DNA of 64,000 bases from Mycobacteriales bacterium. Lineage in GTDB: Bacteria > Actinomycetota > Actinomycetes > JAFAQI01. Below the pieces are notes generated by a model. The model was not told the origin of the DNA, did not search any database, and was given only the letters and a program-made list of their open reading frames with translations. Position 1 is the first letter of the stretch; every line of letters begins with the position of its first letter. This document shows, in pieces, positions 52,527 to 62,027 of this stretch. The position numbers were made by a program, and so were the translations under genes. The stretch is taken from contig DASSEX010000028.1 in the NCBI GenBank assembly GCA_035695045.1, positions 27,504-91,503 of the forward strand. The letters run 5' to 3'.

Positions 52527-53750
52527 GTGACGACCTCGACGAATCCGGACACCCGGCCGACCAACAGGGTGACCGCACTGCGGTTCGTCGTCGGCTTCGG
52601 CGTCGTGTCCGCGCTGGGCGACGTGGTCTACGAGGGCGCGCGGTCCGTGATCGGCCCCTTCCTGCGCGATCGCGGCGCGACCGCGGCCGTCGTCGGTCTC
52701 GTCACCGGCATCGGCGAAGCAGTCGCCCTCGTCTTCCGTCTCGGGACCGGGCATCTAGCCGACCGCACCGGCCGGCCGTGGCCGCAGACGATCCTCGGCT
52801 ACGGGCTGACCATGGTCTGCGTCCCGTTGATGGCGCTGCCGGGTGGCCTCGCGCTGGCCGCGAGCCTCTACAACGGCGAGCGGTTCGGCAAGGCGCTCCG
52901 CAGCCCCGCCCGCGACATGATGCTCGCCCATGCATCCGCGAAGCTGGGCACCGGCTACACGTTCGGTCTGCACGAGGCGCTGGACCAGACGGGAGCACTG
53001 GCCGGGCCGCTCGCGATCGCGGCCTTTCTCGGTCTCGGCGGCTCGCTGCGCATGTCCTTCGCGCTGCTCGCCGTGCCCGGGGCCATCGCGATGTTCGTCC
53101 TCGTGCGGCTCCGGCTCGCGGCGCCCGACCCGGCGGCCTACGACCCGACGGCAGCGGTCAGCGAGGCGAAGCGGCTGCGCCTCGGCGGCGGCTTGTCCCG
53201 GTCCTTCTGGCTCTACGCCGCGTTCTCAGCGGCGACGATGTTCGGGTTCGCGACGTGGGGCCTGCTCGCGTTCCACCTGGTCGCGAAGCACGTCGTCAGC
53301 GCCGGCTTCGTGCCCGTGCTGTACGCCGCCGCCATGGGCGCGGCCGCGTTGACAGCTGTCGCGTCCGGCAGGGTCTACGACCGCGTCGGGTTCCGCGGGC
53401 TGATCGCCCTTCCCCTGCTCGGAGTCCTCGTCCCGCTCCTCTCATTCCGGACGTCGGTGGCCGCTGTCGTGGCCGGCGCGATCGTCTGGGGCGCAGGCAT
53501 GGGCATCCACGACTCGACGATGCGCGCCGCGGTGACGGACCTCGTCCCCCGGCACCGGCGCGGCTCCGGTTACGGCACGTTCACCGCCGTCTACGGTCTC
53601 GCGTGGCTCGCCGGCGCGGCTCTGATCGGCCTGCTCTACGACCAAGGCGCGGCGGCGGCGACCTGGTTCATGGTCGCCGTACAGGCGGTTGCTGCCGTTT
53701 TGCTGCTTCCGCTCCTGACCCACCGGCCACATTTGACTAGCGGGAAATGA
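52527..53750 (+). CDS. MFS transporter
   Basis: 407 aa, about 12 TM helices. Contains an MFS loop-like motif GHLADRTGRPW. Confidence 0.75.
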   Translation: MTTSTNPDTRPTNRVTALRFVVGFGVVSALGDVVYEGARSVIGPFLRDRGATAAVVGLVTGIGEAVALVFRLGTGHLADRTGRPWPQTILGYGLTMVCVPLMALPGGLALAASLYNGERFGKALRSPARDMMLAHASAKLGTGYTFGLHEALDQTGALAGPLAIAAFLGLGGSLRMSFALLAVPGAIAMFVLVRLRLAAPDPAAYDPTAAVSEAKRLRLGGGLSRSFWLYAAFSAATMFGFATWGLLAFHLVAKHVVSAGFVPVLYAAAMGAAALTAVASGRVYDRVGFRGLIALPLLGVLVPLLSFRTSVAAVVAGAIVWGAGMGIHDSTMRAAVTDLVPRHRRGSGYGTFTAVYGLAWLAGAALIGLLYDQGAAAATWFMVAVQAVAAVLLLPLLTHRPHLTSGK

Positions 53751-53816
53751 TCCGGTCGGATCAGATTGCGGGCCCGGCCGCCGGGTACGCGGGCCGAGGA
53801 CCGTGTGGAGGTGGCC

Positions 53817-54065
53817 GTGGAGTGGTCGAACCGGGCAGCATGCCTGACCGCCGAACCTGAGGTGTTCTTCCCCGTTGGCAGCGGTGGCGGTGCGCTCGAC
53901 GAGATCAGCGCGGCGAAGGCGATCTGCGCCTCGTGCGCCGTGCTCAGCGAGTGCCGCGACTACGCGCTCAGCAGCCGGCAGCCGTTCGGGGTGTGGGGCG
54001 GCCTCGACGAGGAGCAGCGCCGGGCCGTCTGGGCCGGTCACAAGATCCCCGCGCTCACTCACTGA
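53817..54065 (+). CDS. WhiB-family Fe-S transcription factor
   Basis: Four Cys (AAC...CASCAVLSEC), the GVWGG turn and a basic tail. The start is uncertain: GTG at 53805, 53811 or 53817. I chose 53817, which follows GGAGG. Confidence 0.85.
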   Translation: MEWSNRAACLTAEPEVFFPVGSGGGALDEISAAKAICASCAVLSECRDYALSSRQPFGVWGGLDEEQRRAVWAGHKIPALTH

Positions 54066-54077
54066 GGACCGCGGAGT

Positions 54078-54101
54078 CGCCGGACAACCGGCGGGGATCT
54101 T
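54078..54101 (+). terminator. short hairpin after whiB
   Basis: cgccgg-acaa-ccggcg is followed by gggatctt. It is 13 nt after the stop and has only a weak T-tract. Confidence 0.35.
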
Positions 54102-54186
54102 CACGCGTCAGGTAAAGAGGGGCGAGAGCACCGCCCTGCGCGCTGCACAATGGAGCGTCGCGTCCTGACGAAGGGGAGCCCGCACC

Positions 54187-55551
54187 ATGCCGCGCCTACG
54201 TGCACCGTCCCGCACGGTCGTGGCCGCGCTGGCCGCCGTCGCGGTCGTGGGCGTGACCGGTGGGGTGGTCGCCGCGACCAGGACCGGTTCATCGACCCAC
54301 CACGCCCACCAGGGCACCGCACCGGGTGTCGACCCGTCTGCCAACGCGACCATCGAGCTGCTCGGTCTTCGGCACGGGCTGCTCCGGTGGGACCGGCCGG
54401 CCAGGCTCGTCGTCAGCACCGGCCACCTGAGCGCGGTCACCGTCACGTCCTCGGACGGCAACCCGGTCGATGGTGTGCTCTCCGCCGATGGCAGGGAGTG
54501 GTCCAGCACCGGTCGGCTCATCCCCCGCACGCGGTACGTCGCCCGCGCCGTGCTGAGCGATGACGCCGTACGGACGTTGCGCTTTCACACCACGGACTCG
54601 AGCAAGCACCTGACGGCGCTGCTGAGTCCGGGAGACGGCGACACCGTCGGCGTCGGATCGCCGATCGTGGTCAGCTTCAGCCGGCCGGTGCCGGATGCGA
54701 AGCGCGCGATGGTCGAGCGAGGGCTGGCTGTCTCCACCACCCCGGCCGTCGTCGGTGCCTGGCACTGGATGAACGCGCAGGAGGTGCACTGGCGGCCGCC
54801 GACGTACTGGAAGAGCGGCACCCGTGTCACGGTCAGCTCGGACCTGGACAAGCTCTACTTCGGTGGCGGCGTATGGGGCAGCGGCAAGCACCAGACGTCG
54901 TTCCGGATCGGCCACTCGCACATCAGCCGCGTCGACGGTGCCCGGCACGAGATGTACGTCTACGACAACGGGCACCTCGTCAAGACGTTCCCGATCAGCG
55001 CCGGTCGCACCCAGTACCCGACGAAGAGCGGCGTGCACATCACGTTCGAGAAGTCACAGGTCGTGACGATGGACAGCGCGACCGTCGGCATTCCTCGCAA
55101 CTCGCCGGACGGGTACTACGAGAAGGTCTACTGGGACGTCCGCATCTCCTACGGCGGCGCCTTCGTGCACGCGGCGCCGTGGTCGGTCGCCGAGCAAGGC
55201 ATCGCGAACGTCTCGCACGGCTGCGTCAACATCAGCACTGACAACGCGATCTGGTTCTACAACTTCTCGTTGCGCGGCGACATCGTGGACGTCTACAACA
55301 CCGGGGCCCCGCCCGACACCTACGACCCGGGCATGGCCGACTGGAACATGTCGTGGAAGCAGTGGCTGGCCGGTGACGCCGCACCGACGGCGGCGGCGAA
55401 GGCGCTGCGACCGCCGTGGCCGCGCAGCGTCGAGCCGCCGGCGCCGGGCACCACCACGACCAGGAAGTCCAGCCCGCCGCATCACCACACGTCGCCCAGC
55501 CCGACGCCCAGCCCGAGCGCCTCGCCGTCACCGCGTCGCGCGACCCACTGA
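54187..55551 (+). CDS. L,D-transpeptidase (YkuD domain) with N-terminal Ig-like domains and PS-rich tail
   Basis: 454 aa. N-terminal anchor or signal. Catalytic segment VHAAPWSV...ANVSHGCVNIS. Confidence 0.9.
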   Translation: MPRLRAPSRTVVAALAAVAVVGVTGGVVAATRTGSSTHHAHQGTAPGVDPSANATIELLGLRHGLLRWDRPARLVVSTGHLSAVTVTSSDGNPVDGVLSADGREWSSTGRLIPRTRYVARAVLSDDAVRTLRFHTTDSSKHLTALLSPGDGDTVGVGSPIVVSFSRPVPDAKRAMVERGLAVSTTPAVVGAWHWMNAQEVHWRPPTYWKSGTRVTVSSDLDKLYFGGGVWGSGKHQTSFRIGHSHISRVDGARHEMYVYDNGHLVKTFPISAGRTQYPTKSGVHITFEKSQVVTMDSATVGIPRNSPDGYYEKVYWDVRISYGGAFVHAAPWSVAEQGIANVSHGCVNISTDNAIWFYNFSLRGDIVDVYNTGAPPDTYDPGMADWNMSWKQWLAGDAAPTAAAKALRPPWPRSVEPPAPGTTTTRKSSPPHHHTSPSPTPSPSASPSPRRATH

Positions 55552-55556
55552 CCGAC

Positions 55557-56114
55557 TCAGCCGCCGAGCCGCCGCAGCCCGCTCGGCGTCAGGACCGCAC
55601 CGACCGGCCGGTCGTGCGGTTCGACGGGTATCTCGTCGAGCACCTCGTCGTCGAACACGACCGCGACGACCCGCGACGGCTCGACGTCCACGAGAGCGCG
55701 GTCGAAGTGCGCCTTGCCCCAGCCGAGGCGGTTGCCGTGCACGTCCACGGCCAGCGCAGGGGCGAAGACCAGGTCGACCGAGGCGAGCGCGTCCGGTTGG
55801 ACCGGCCCATCGGGCTGAAGCAGCCCGAAGGGCCCGGGCACGAGCCGCTCCCACCCGTCGTACGGCGCCCACAGCAGCCGTGGCTCCGCGACGATGGGCA
55901 CGAGGACATGGACGCCGGCGTCGCGGAGCCGGTCGAGAAGCTCGCGTGTCGGCGGCTCGGTCCCGACGCCGGCGAAGGCGGCGACCCTGGACAAACGTCC
56001 AGCGACGACGATCCCGTGCTCGGCGAGCGGCGTCTGCGCACGGGCGATCTCGACGGCCGGCCGCGCGCCGCGCGCGGCAATGAGCCGCGATCGGAGCAAC
56101 CGCTTGGCGTCCAT
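55557..56114 (-). CDS. 5-formyltetrahydrofolate cyclo-ligase
   Basis: Contains AAFAGVGTEPPT and VFAPALAVDVHGNRLGWGKAHFDR. Start ATG at 56114 (MDAKRLLRSRL) is preferred over 56132. Confidence 0.8.
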   Translation of the reverse strand: MDAKRLLRSRLIAARGARPAVEIARAQTPLAEHGIVVAGRLSRVAAFAGVGTEPPTRELLDRLRDAGVHVLVPIVAEPRLLWAPYDGWERLVPGPFGLLQPDGPVQPDALASVDLVFAPALAVDVHGNRLGWGKAHFDRALVDVEPSRVVAVVFDDEVLDEIPVEPHDRPVGAVLTPSGLRRLGG

Positions 56115-56179
56115 GGCGTGCGAGCATCGCACTCGAACGCGATCGACGGCAGCGGGCCGACGTCGGGAAGGAGGCAGCC

Positions 56180-58159
56180 GTGACCTTGCGCCTGCGGCTG
56201 TCGCTCGCCTTCCTGCTCGTGGTGATCGTCCCGCTCGTCGTCGCCGCGATCGTCGTCGGACGCGGCGTCCCGCACGCTCTCGACACGGCCGCGGAGAACC
56301 GCCTGGCGGCCTCGCGCGCAGGTGCCGTGGCGCTGGTGCAGGAGGTGTGCACCGAGGCCCGGATGACCGCGGAGGTCCTCGGCCGCGAAGCGGTCAGCAC
56401 GTCCGCGTCGCGAGCGACCGCAGACGTCGTGGGGCGCGGCCTGGCGGCGTACGCGGTGGTCACGTCGAAGAACGGCACGATCACCGGCCGGGCCGGCAGC
56501 CTTCCGGTCGGTGGACAGCTGCGTCCCCAGGACCTCGGCTCGTGCAGCCGCCGTCAGGCCCCCGTGACCAGCGTCGCCGCGATCGCCGACTCCGTGGACA
56601 TCCGCTCGACGACGGGTGCGACCCTCGGCCAGGCCGCGGTGGCGGTGCCCCTCGACCGCAGTGCAGTGTCACGGATCGCGGCGGCATCCAACGCCGAGGT
56701 GACGCTCCTCGCGGGGCGTCGGGTCATCGCCTCGACGTTGCCCTCCGCCGCCGCGGCACAGGTGGCCAGGGTCGCGGCGGCTCATCCTGCCTCGACGGAC
56801 TCCCGGCATGCAGGAAGCCGGCTCATCACCGTCGCGTCGGTCGGCGAGGGCCAGGCCGAAATGGTCCTCAGCGTCGACCGGCCGCAGGTCAACGGTCTCG
56901 AAGCGCTCGTCGTCGCCGTCCTCATCGCGGCACTCATTCTCTCGGCGCTGATCGGCTGGCTGCTGGCGCGGGTCACGACCCGGCCGCTCGCCGACCTGTC
57001 GGAGGCGGCCGCCCGCGTGGCCGGCGGTGACCTCGACACCCGCATCGTGGTGCGCAGCCGCGACGAGGTCGGGCAGCTCGCGACCGCGTTCAACGAGATG
57101 ACCGACGAGCTGCGCAGCTACATCAACGAGCTGGAGACCAACCGTGACGAGCTGCGCCGCAACCTCGCGCGGCTCGGCGACACCCTGTCGGGCACTCATG
57201 ACCTCGGCCGGATCCTGACCGTCATCCTCGACACGGCGATCGCGAGCACGAGGGCGTCGGCCGGCGCCGTCTACGTCACACAGCCCAGCCGCGAGGAGCT
57301 GCAGCTGAAGGCGAGCCGGGGGCTGGCCGTCGAGACCGCGTCGTCGACGTCACGAATCCGGCTCGGTGACGGCGTCACCGGTCGCGTCGCCTCCACGGGA
57401 GAGGCGGTGCGCGGTCGGGTCGGCAGCGAGGGCCTCGAGCTGTCGCCGAGCGAACCGACGGCGACCGAGCTGATCAGCGTGCCGCTGCGCGCCAGCGAAG
57501 GCATCATCGGCGTGCTGAACCTTTATGACCGCTCGGACGACAAGCCCTTCGACGACCGTGACCTGGAGACGATCCGCACGTTCGCCGGTCAGGCGTCGGT
57601 CGCACTGGACAACGTCCTGCTCCACCAGGAGGCGCAGCGGCTGTCGGTGACCGACGGCCTCACCGGCCTGGGCAACTACCGCTTCTTCCAGAGCACTCTC
57701 GCCCGTGAGGTCGAGCGCGCCAGCCGGTTCCACCGGTCGCTCGCCGTGTGCATGCTCGACCTCGACCTGTTCAAGCAGGTCAACGACGCGCACGGCCATC
57801 AGGTCGGCGACGCGGTGATGGTCGAGGTCGCCGACCGCATTCGCGACGAGATCCGAGAGGTCGACGTCGTCGCGCGTTACGGCGGTGAGGAGTTCGTCGT
57901 CGTCCTTCCCGAGACCGGGCGGGAAGGCGCGGGATACACCGCCGAGCGGATCTGCAACGCGATCCGCCGGCGTCCCATCGTCGTCGGCGGCCTGCAGCTG
58001 CGCATCACCGTCTCTGCCGGCGTCGCCGTGTTCCCGATGCACGGGGACACGCCGGCGTCGATCGTGCGCGCCGCCGACGAGGCGCTGTACGCCGCCAAAG
58101 CCGGTGGCCGCGACCGCTGGCGGATGGCGCCGGACCCGGTCGTCGCGCAACCTCGTTAG
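56180..58159 (+). CDS. membrane sensor diguanylate cyclase (TM - periplasmic region - TM - HAMP - GAF - GGDEF)
   Basis: 659 aa. GTG follows GGAAGGAGG. HAMP segment LADLSEAAARVAGGDLDTRI...VGQLATAFNEM. GAF-like region. An RxxD I-site (REVD) lies 5 residues before GGEEF. Confidence 0.9.
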   Translation: MTLRLRLSLAFLLVVIVPLVVAAIVVGRGVPHALDTAAENRLAASRAGAVALVQEVCTEARMTAEVLGREAVSTSASRATADVVGRGLAAYAVVTSKNGTITGRAGSLPVGGQLRPQDLGSCSRRQAPVTSVAAIADSVDIRSTTGATLGQAAVAVPLDRSAVSRIAAASNAEVTLLAGRRVIASTLPSAAAAQVARVAAAHPASTDSRHAGSRLITVASVGEGQAEMVLSVDRPQVNGLEALVVAVLIAALILSALIGWLLARVTTRPLADLSEAAARVAGGDLDTRIVVRSRDEVGQLATAFNEMTDELRSYINELETNRDELRRNLARLGDTLSGTHDLGRILTVILDTAIASTRASAGAVYVTQPSREELQLKASRGLAVETASSTSRIRLGDGVTGRVASTGEAVRGRVGSEGLELSPSEPTATELISVPLRASEGIIGVLNLYDRSDDKPFDDRDLETIRTFAGQASVALDNVLLHQEAQRLSVTDGLTGLGNYRFFQSTLAREVERASRFHRSLAVCMLDLDLFKQVNDAHGHQVGDAVMVEVADRIRDEIREVDVVARYGGEEFVVVLPETGREGAGYTAERICNAIRRRPIVVGGLQLRITVSAGVAVFPMHGDTPASIVRAADEALYAAKAGGRDRWRMAPDPVVAQPR

Positions 58160-58169
58160 GGTTGCGGAC

Positions 58170-59096
58170 ATGAGCCAGCGGGTCACGAAGGCAGTCATCC
58201 CGGCTGCCGGGCTCGGCACGAGATTCCTTCCGGCGACGAAGTCGACCCCGAAGGAGATGCTGCCGGTCGTCGACAAACCGGCTATCCAGTACGTCGTCGA
58301 GGAGTGCGCTCGGGCCGGTCTCGACGACGTCCTCGTGGTGATCGGCCGCAACAAGTCCTCACTCGAGGACCACTTCGACCGGGCCTACGAGCTCGAGCAC
58401 AAGCTCGAGGGCGACGACGGCAAGCGCGACCTGCTCGACCGGGTTCGCGACTCCACGGACATCGCGACGCTGCACTTCGTCCGGCAGAAGGATCCGCGCG
58501 GTCTCGGACACGCGGTCTCGGTCGCGGAGGCGCACGTCGGTCGCGAACCGTTCGCCGTCCTGCTCGGTGACGACCTGATCGACGAGCGCGACGAGCTGCT
58601 CACGCGGATGATCGACGTGCAGGCCAGGCTCGGTGGCTGTGTGCTCGCGCTCATGGAGGTGCCGCGAGAGTCGATCTCGCTGTACGGCTGCGCCGTCGCC
58701 GAACCGACAGGCGAAGAGGACGTCGTACGAGTGACGGGGCTGGTCGAGAAGCCGTCGGTCCAGGAGGCGCCGAGCAACCTCGCGCTCATCGGCCGCTACG
58801 TCCTGACTCCGGAGATCTTCGACGCGCTCGCCGAGACGAAGCCCGGCCGGGGAGGCGAGATCCAGGTCACGGACGCGATCGCGAGCCTCGTCGGCGACGT
58901 GCCGGGCGGTCCGGTGCACGGCGTGGTGTTCCGCGGGCGGCGTTACGACACCGGTGACAAGGCCGACTACCTGCGCTCGATCGTGCAGATCGCGTGCGAC
59001 CGCGAGGATCTCGGTCCGGACTTCCGCGCCTGGCTCGCCGACTTCGCGGCGCAGCGGTTGCCGCTCGGCGACCCCGCGCAGCCGCTGCGCCCGTGA
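58170..59096 (+). CDS. galU: UTP--glucose-1-phosphate uridylyltransferase
   Basis: ATG at 58170. Contains KAVIPAAGLGTRFLPATKSTPKEMLPVVDKPAIQYVVEE and VEKP. Confidence 0.95.
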   Translation: MSQRVTKAVIPAAGLGTRFLPATKSTPKEMLPVVDKPAIQYVVEECARAGLDDVLVVIGRNKSSLEDHFDRAYELEHKLEGDDGKRDLLDRVRDSTDIATLHFVRQKDPRGLGHAVSVAEAHVGREPFAVLLGDDLIDERDELLTRMIDVQARLGGCVLALMEVPRESISLYGCAVAEPTGEEDVVRVTGLVEKPSVQEAPSNLALIGRYVLTPEIFDALAETKPGRGGEIQVTDAIASLVGDVPGGPVHGVVFRGRRYDTGDKADYLRSIVQIACDREDLGPDFRAWLADFAAQRLPLGDPAQPLRP

Positions 59097-60340
59097 CCGC
59101 CGCCGGGGGCAGCGAGCTGAAGCCGGTCGACGCGCACCTCGAGGATGTCCTGCGTGTCGTCTCGCCGTTGAGCTCGCTCGAGCTCACGCTCCCGGACGCG
59201 CACGGATGCGTGTTGGCCGAAGACGTGACGTCGACATTTCCGTTGCCGCCGTTCGACAACTCCGCGATGGACGGCTACGCCGTCCGGTCGGCAGACCTCG
59301 CCAGCGCGAGCGAATCGTCGCCGGTGGCGCTGCCCGTCGTCGGTGACATCGCCGCCGGCTCGACCGGTGCCTACAACGTGCAGCCGGGCTTGTGCGTCCG
59401 GATCATGACCGGCGCCCCGATGCCCGCAGGGGCCGATGCCGTCGTGCCGCTTGAGTGGACCGACGGTGGCATCGCCCAGGTGCGGATCTCGCGAGCGCCG
59501 CAACCGGGTGCGCACATCCGGCGGGCCGGGGAGGACCTCACGCCCGGGTCGGTCGTGCTTTCGGCGGGGACGCATCTCGGCGCCACCCAGATCGGCCTGC
59601 TCGCGGCCGTCGGACGAGAGCGCGTGCTGGCCCGGCCGCGCCCGCGGGTCGTCGTCCTCTCCACCGGCAGCGAGCTCGTCGATCCCGGCACCCCGCTCAG
59701 CACGGGCAAGATCCCGGACTCCAACAGCACGCTGCTCACGGCCGCGGCGCGGGAAGCCGGCGCCATCGCCTTCCGCGTCGGCATCGTGCCGGATGACCCG
59801 CGGGTGCTGCTGGACACGCTGGAGGACCAGCTGATCCGGGCCGACCTCGTGCTGACGAGCGGCGGCGTCAGCGTCGGCGCCTACGACGTCGTCAAGGAAG
59901 CGATCGGCCGCCTCGGTGACGTGCGCTTCGACAAGGTCGCGATGCAGCCCGGGATGCCTCAGGGCTTCGGCGTGATCGGTCCGGACCGCACGCCGTTCTT
60001 CGGCCTGCCGGGCAACCCGGTCAGTGCGTACGTCTCCTTCGAGGTGTTCGTGCGCCCCGCGCTGCGCCGCATGTTGGGTGTCGAGCCCATCAACCGGCCG
60101 ACGGTGCGGGCGCGGCTGACCTCGCCGCTCACGTCTCCGCCGGGCAAGCGCACCTTCGCGCGTGCACGGATGACAGTGGAGGACGGCACCTACGTCGTCA
60201 GCCCTGTCGGCGGCAGCGGCTCGCATCTCATCGCATCGCTGGCGCAGGCCAACGCGTTCGCCGTCGTGCCCGAGTCAGTGACATCGGTCGACGCCGGTGA
60301 GGCCATCGCGACGATGCTGCTCGAACGGCGCCAGACATGA
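59093..60340 (+). CDS. moeA: molybdopterin molybdotransferase
   Basis: GTGA overlap with galU. Contains PPFDNSAMDGYAV, TGAPMPAGADAVV, SGGVSVGAYD, MQPGMPQGFG and FGLPGNPVS. Confidence 0.9.
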   Translation: MTAAGGSELKPVDAHLEDVLRVVSPLSSLELTLPDAHGCVLAEDVTSTFPLPPFDNSAMDGYAVRSADLASASESSPVALPVVGDIAAGSTGAYNVQPGLCVRIMTGAPMPAGADAVVPLEWTDGGIAQVRISRAPQPGAHIRRAGEDLTPGSVVLSAGTHLGATQIGLLAAVGRERVLARPRPRVVVLSTGSELVDPGTPLSTGKIPDSNSTLLTAAAREAGAIAFRVGIVPDDPRVLLDTLEDQLIRADLVLTSGGVSVGAYDVVKEAIGRLGDVRFDKVAMQPGMPQGFGVIGPDRTPFFGLPGNPVSAYVSFEVFVRPALRRMLGVEPINRPTVRARLTSPLTSPPGKRTFARARMTVEDGTYVVSPVGGSGSHLIASLAQANAFAVVPESVTSVDAGEAIATMLLERRQT

Positions 60341-60807
60341 GCGAGTTCACCCATCTCGACGACACCGGCGCCGCGCGCATGGTGGACGTGTCCGCCAAGG
60401 ACGTGACCGCCCGTACGGCGACCGCGACCGGACGCGTCGTCGTCAGCGCCGAGGTCGTCGAACTGCTGCGCGGCGGTGGCCTGCCGAAAGGCGACGCACT
60501 GGCCGTCGCGCGAATCGCCGGCATCATGGCCGCGAAGCGCACTCCCGACCTGGTGCCGCTGTGTCATCCGATCGCGATCCATGGAGTGACCGTCGACCTG
60601 GACGTGCTGGATGACGCGGTGACGATCCAGGCGACCGTCCGCACCGCCGACCGCACCGGAGTGGAGATGGAAGCGCTCACCTGTGTCGTCGTCGCCGGGC
60701 TCGCTCTCGTCGACATGGTCAAGGCGGTGGACCCGGCGGCGGCCATCACGGACGTGCTGGTCGTCGAGAAGACCGGGGGCAAGACCGGCACCTGGCGGCG
60801 GTCATGA
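60337..60807 (+). CDS. moaC: cyclic pyranopterin monophosphate synthase
   Basis: 156 aa. Contains MVDVSAKDVT, KGDALAVARIAGIMAAKRTPDLVPLCHP and GVEMEALT. Confidence 0.95.
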   Translation: MSEFTHLDDTGAARMVDVSAKDVTARTATATGRVVVSAEVVELLRGGGLPKGDALAVARIAGIMAAKRTPDLVPLCHPIAIHGVTVDLDVLDDAVTIQATVRTADRTGVEMEALTCVVVAGLALVDMVKAVDPAAAITDVLVVEKTGGKTGTWRRS

Positions 60808-61301
60808 GCGCCGAGGCGTTGCCGGCCGACGCGCGGGCCCGGGTGATCACCGTCTCCGACCGGTCACACGGGGGTCTTCGACACGACACGTCGGGCCCGT
60901 TGCTGTCACAGCTGTTGCAGGAGCTCGGCTTCGCCGAGGCCGAGGTCGTGGTCGTGCCGGACGAGGTCGACGAGATCCGGGCTGCGCTGCGTGCGGCGAT
61001 CGACGCCGGTGTCGACCTCGTCGCCACCACGGGTGGCACCGGCTTCGCGCCGCGCGACGTCACGCCGGAGGCGACGCGCGACGTGATCGAGCGGGAGGCG
61101 CCGGGGCTGGCCGAGGCGTTGCGCTTGTTCAACCGCGAGACGGTGCCGACGACCATCCTGTCCCGTGCGGTGGCCGGCATCGCCGCCTCGACGATCATCG
61201 TCAACCTGCCCGGATCGACCGGTGGCGTCCGCGACGGAGTCGCGGTGCTCGGTCCGGTGATCGGGCATGCCGTCGTGCAGCTGCGCGGCGGCGATCACTG
61301 A
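60804..61301 (+). CDS. moaB: MoaB/MogA-family molybdenum cofactor biosynthesis protein
   Basis: 165 aa. Contains VITVSDR, TTGGTGFAPRDVTPEAT and VNLPGS. Confidence 0.85.
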   Translation: MSAEALPADARARVITVSDRSHGGLRHDTSGPLLSQLLQELGFAEAEVVVVPDEVDEIRAALRAAIDAGVDLVATTGGTGFAPRDVTPEATRDVIEREAPGLAEALRLFNRETVPTTILSRAVAGIAASTIIVNLPGSTGGVRDGVAVLGPVIGHAVVQLRGGDH

Positions 61302-61303
61302 CG

Positions 61304-61924
61304 ATGCCGGCGCGCGCCCCGGGCTGGCCGGCGACGCTCACCGAGGACCGCGTCATGTTGCGGCCGTTGCGCTTGCGCGACGGACCGGCATGGGTCGAGG
61401 TGCGCAAGGCGAACATCGACTGGCTGCGTCCGTGGGAGGCGACTCCTCCGGGCGGCCCGGTCGTGGTGTCGACGTCGTACGCCGTCTTCTGGGCGATGGT
61501 GCGCGGCCAACGGCGACAGGCACGACGTGGCGGTGGTCTGCCCTTCGCCGTCCTCTACGACGGCCGGCTCGTCGGCCAGCTCAACATCGGTGGCATCGTG
61601 CGCGGGTCGCTGCACAGCTGCCACATCGGCTACTGGATCGACTCGCGCGTCGCCGGTCGCGGAATCATGACCACAGCGGTGGCGATGGCCACGGACCACG
61701 CGTTCTGGGCCGTCGGCCTGCACCGCGTCGAGATCAACATCCGGCCGGAGAATGCGGCGAGCCGCCGCGTCGTGGAGAAGCTGGGTTTCCGTGAAGAGTC
61801 GCTGCGACGACGTTTCCTGCACATCGACGGCGAGTGGCGCGACCACCTTTCCTATGCGCTGGTGCGGGAAGAAGTGTCCGGCGGGCTCCTGGCGAGGTGG
61901 CGACGCAACCGCGGCAGTGCATGA
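61304..61924 (+). CDS. rimJ: GNAT-family (RimJ/RimL-like) N-acetyltransferase
   Basis: ATG at 61304. Contains LRPLRLRDGPAW and GYWIDSRVAGRGIMTTAV...LHRVEINIRPENAASRRVVEKLGFREE. Confidence 0.8.
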   Translation: MPARAPGWPATLTEDRVMLRPLRLRDGPAWVEVRKANIDWLRPWEATPPGGPVVVSTSYAVFWAMVRGQRRQARRGGGLPFAVLYDGRLVGQLNIGGIVRGSLHSCHIGYWIDSRVAGRGIMTTAVAMATDHAFWAVGLHRVEINIRPENAASRRVVEKLGFREESLRRRFLHIDGEWRDHLSYALVREEVSGGLLARWRRNRGSA

Positions 61925-62027
61925 GCCTTTACGGTCGACTTGACGACACACCGCCGTAGGTGCGTGCTCCGTGGCGATGACGTGGCTAGCGTGACGCGGC
62001 AATGAACATGCGTCGGAGGAGCCGGGC

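Noticed and set aside
55373-57030. Several long Arg-rich ORFs on both strands (for example 55373-56083 +, 55528-56484 -, 55894-57030 +)
   Set aside because: They consist of poly-Arg/Ala/Pro sequence with no domains. They overlap the well-supported 5-formyl-THF cyclo-ligase and diguanylate cyclase frames.
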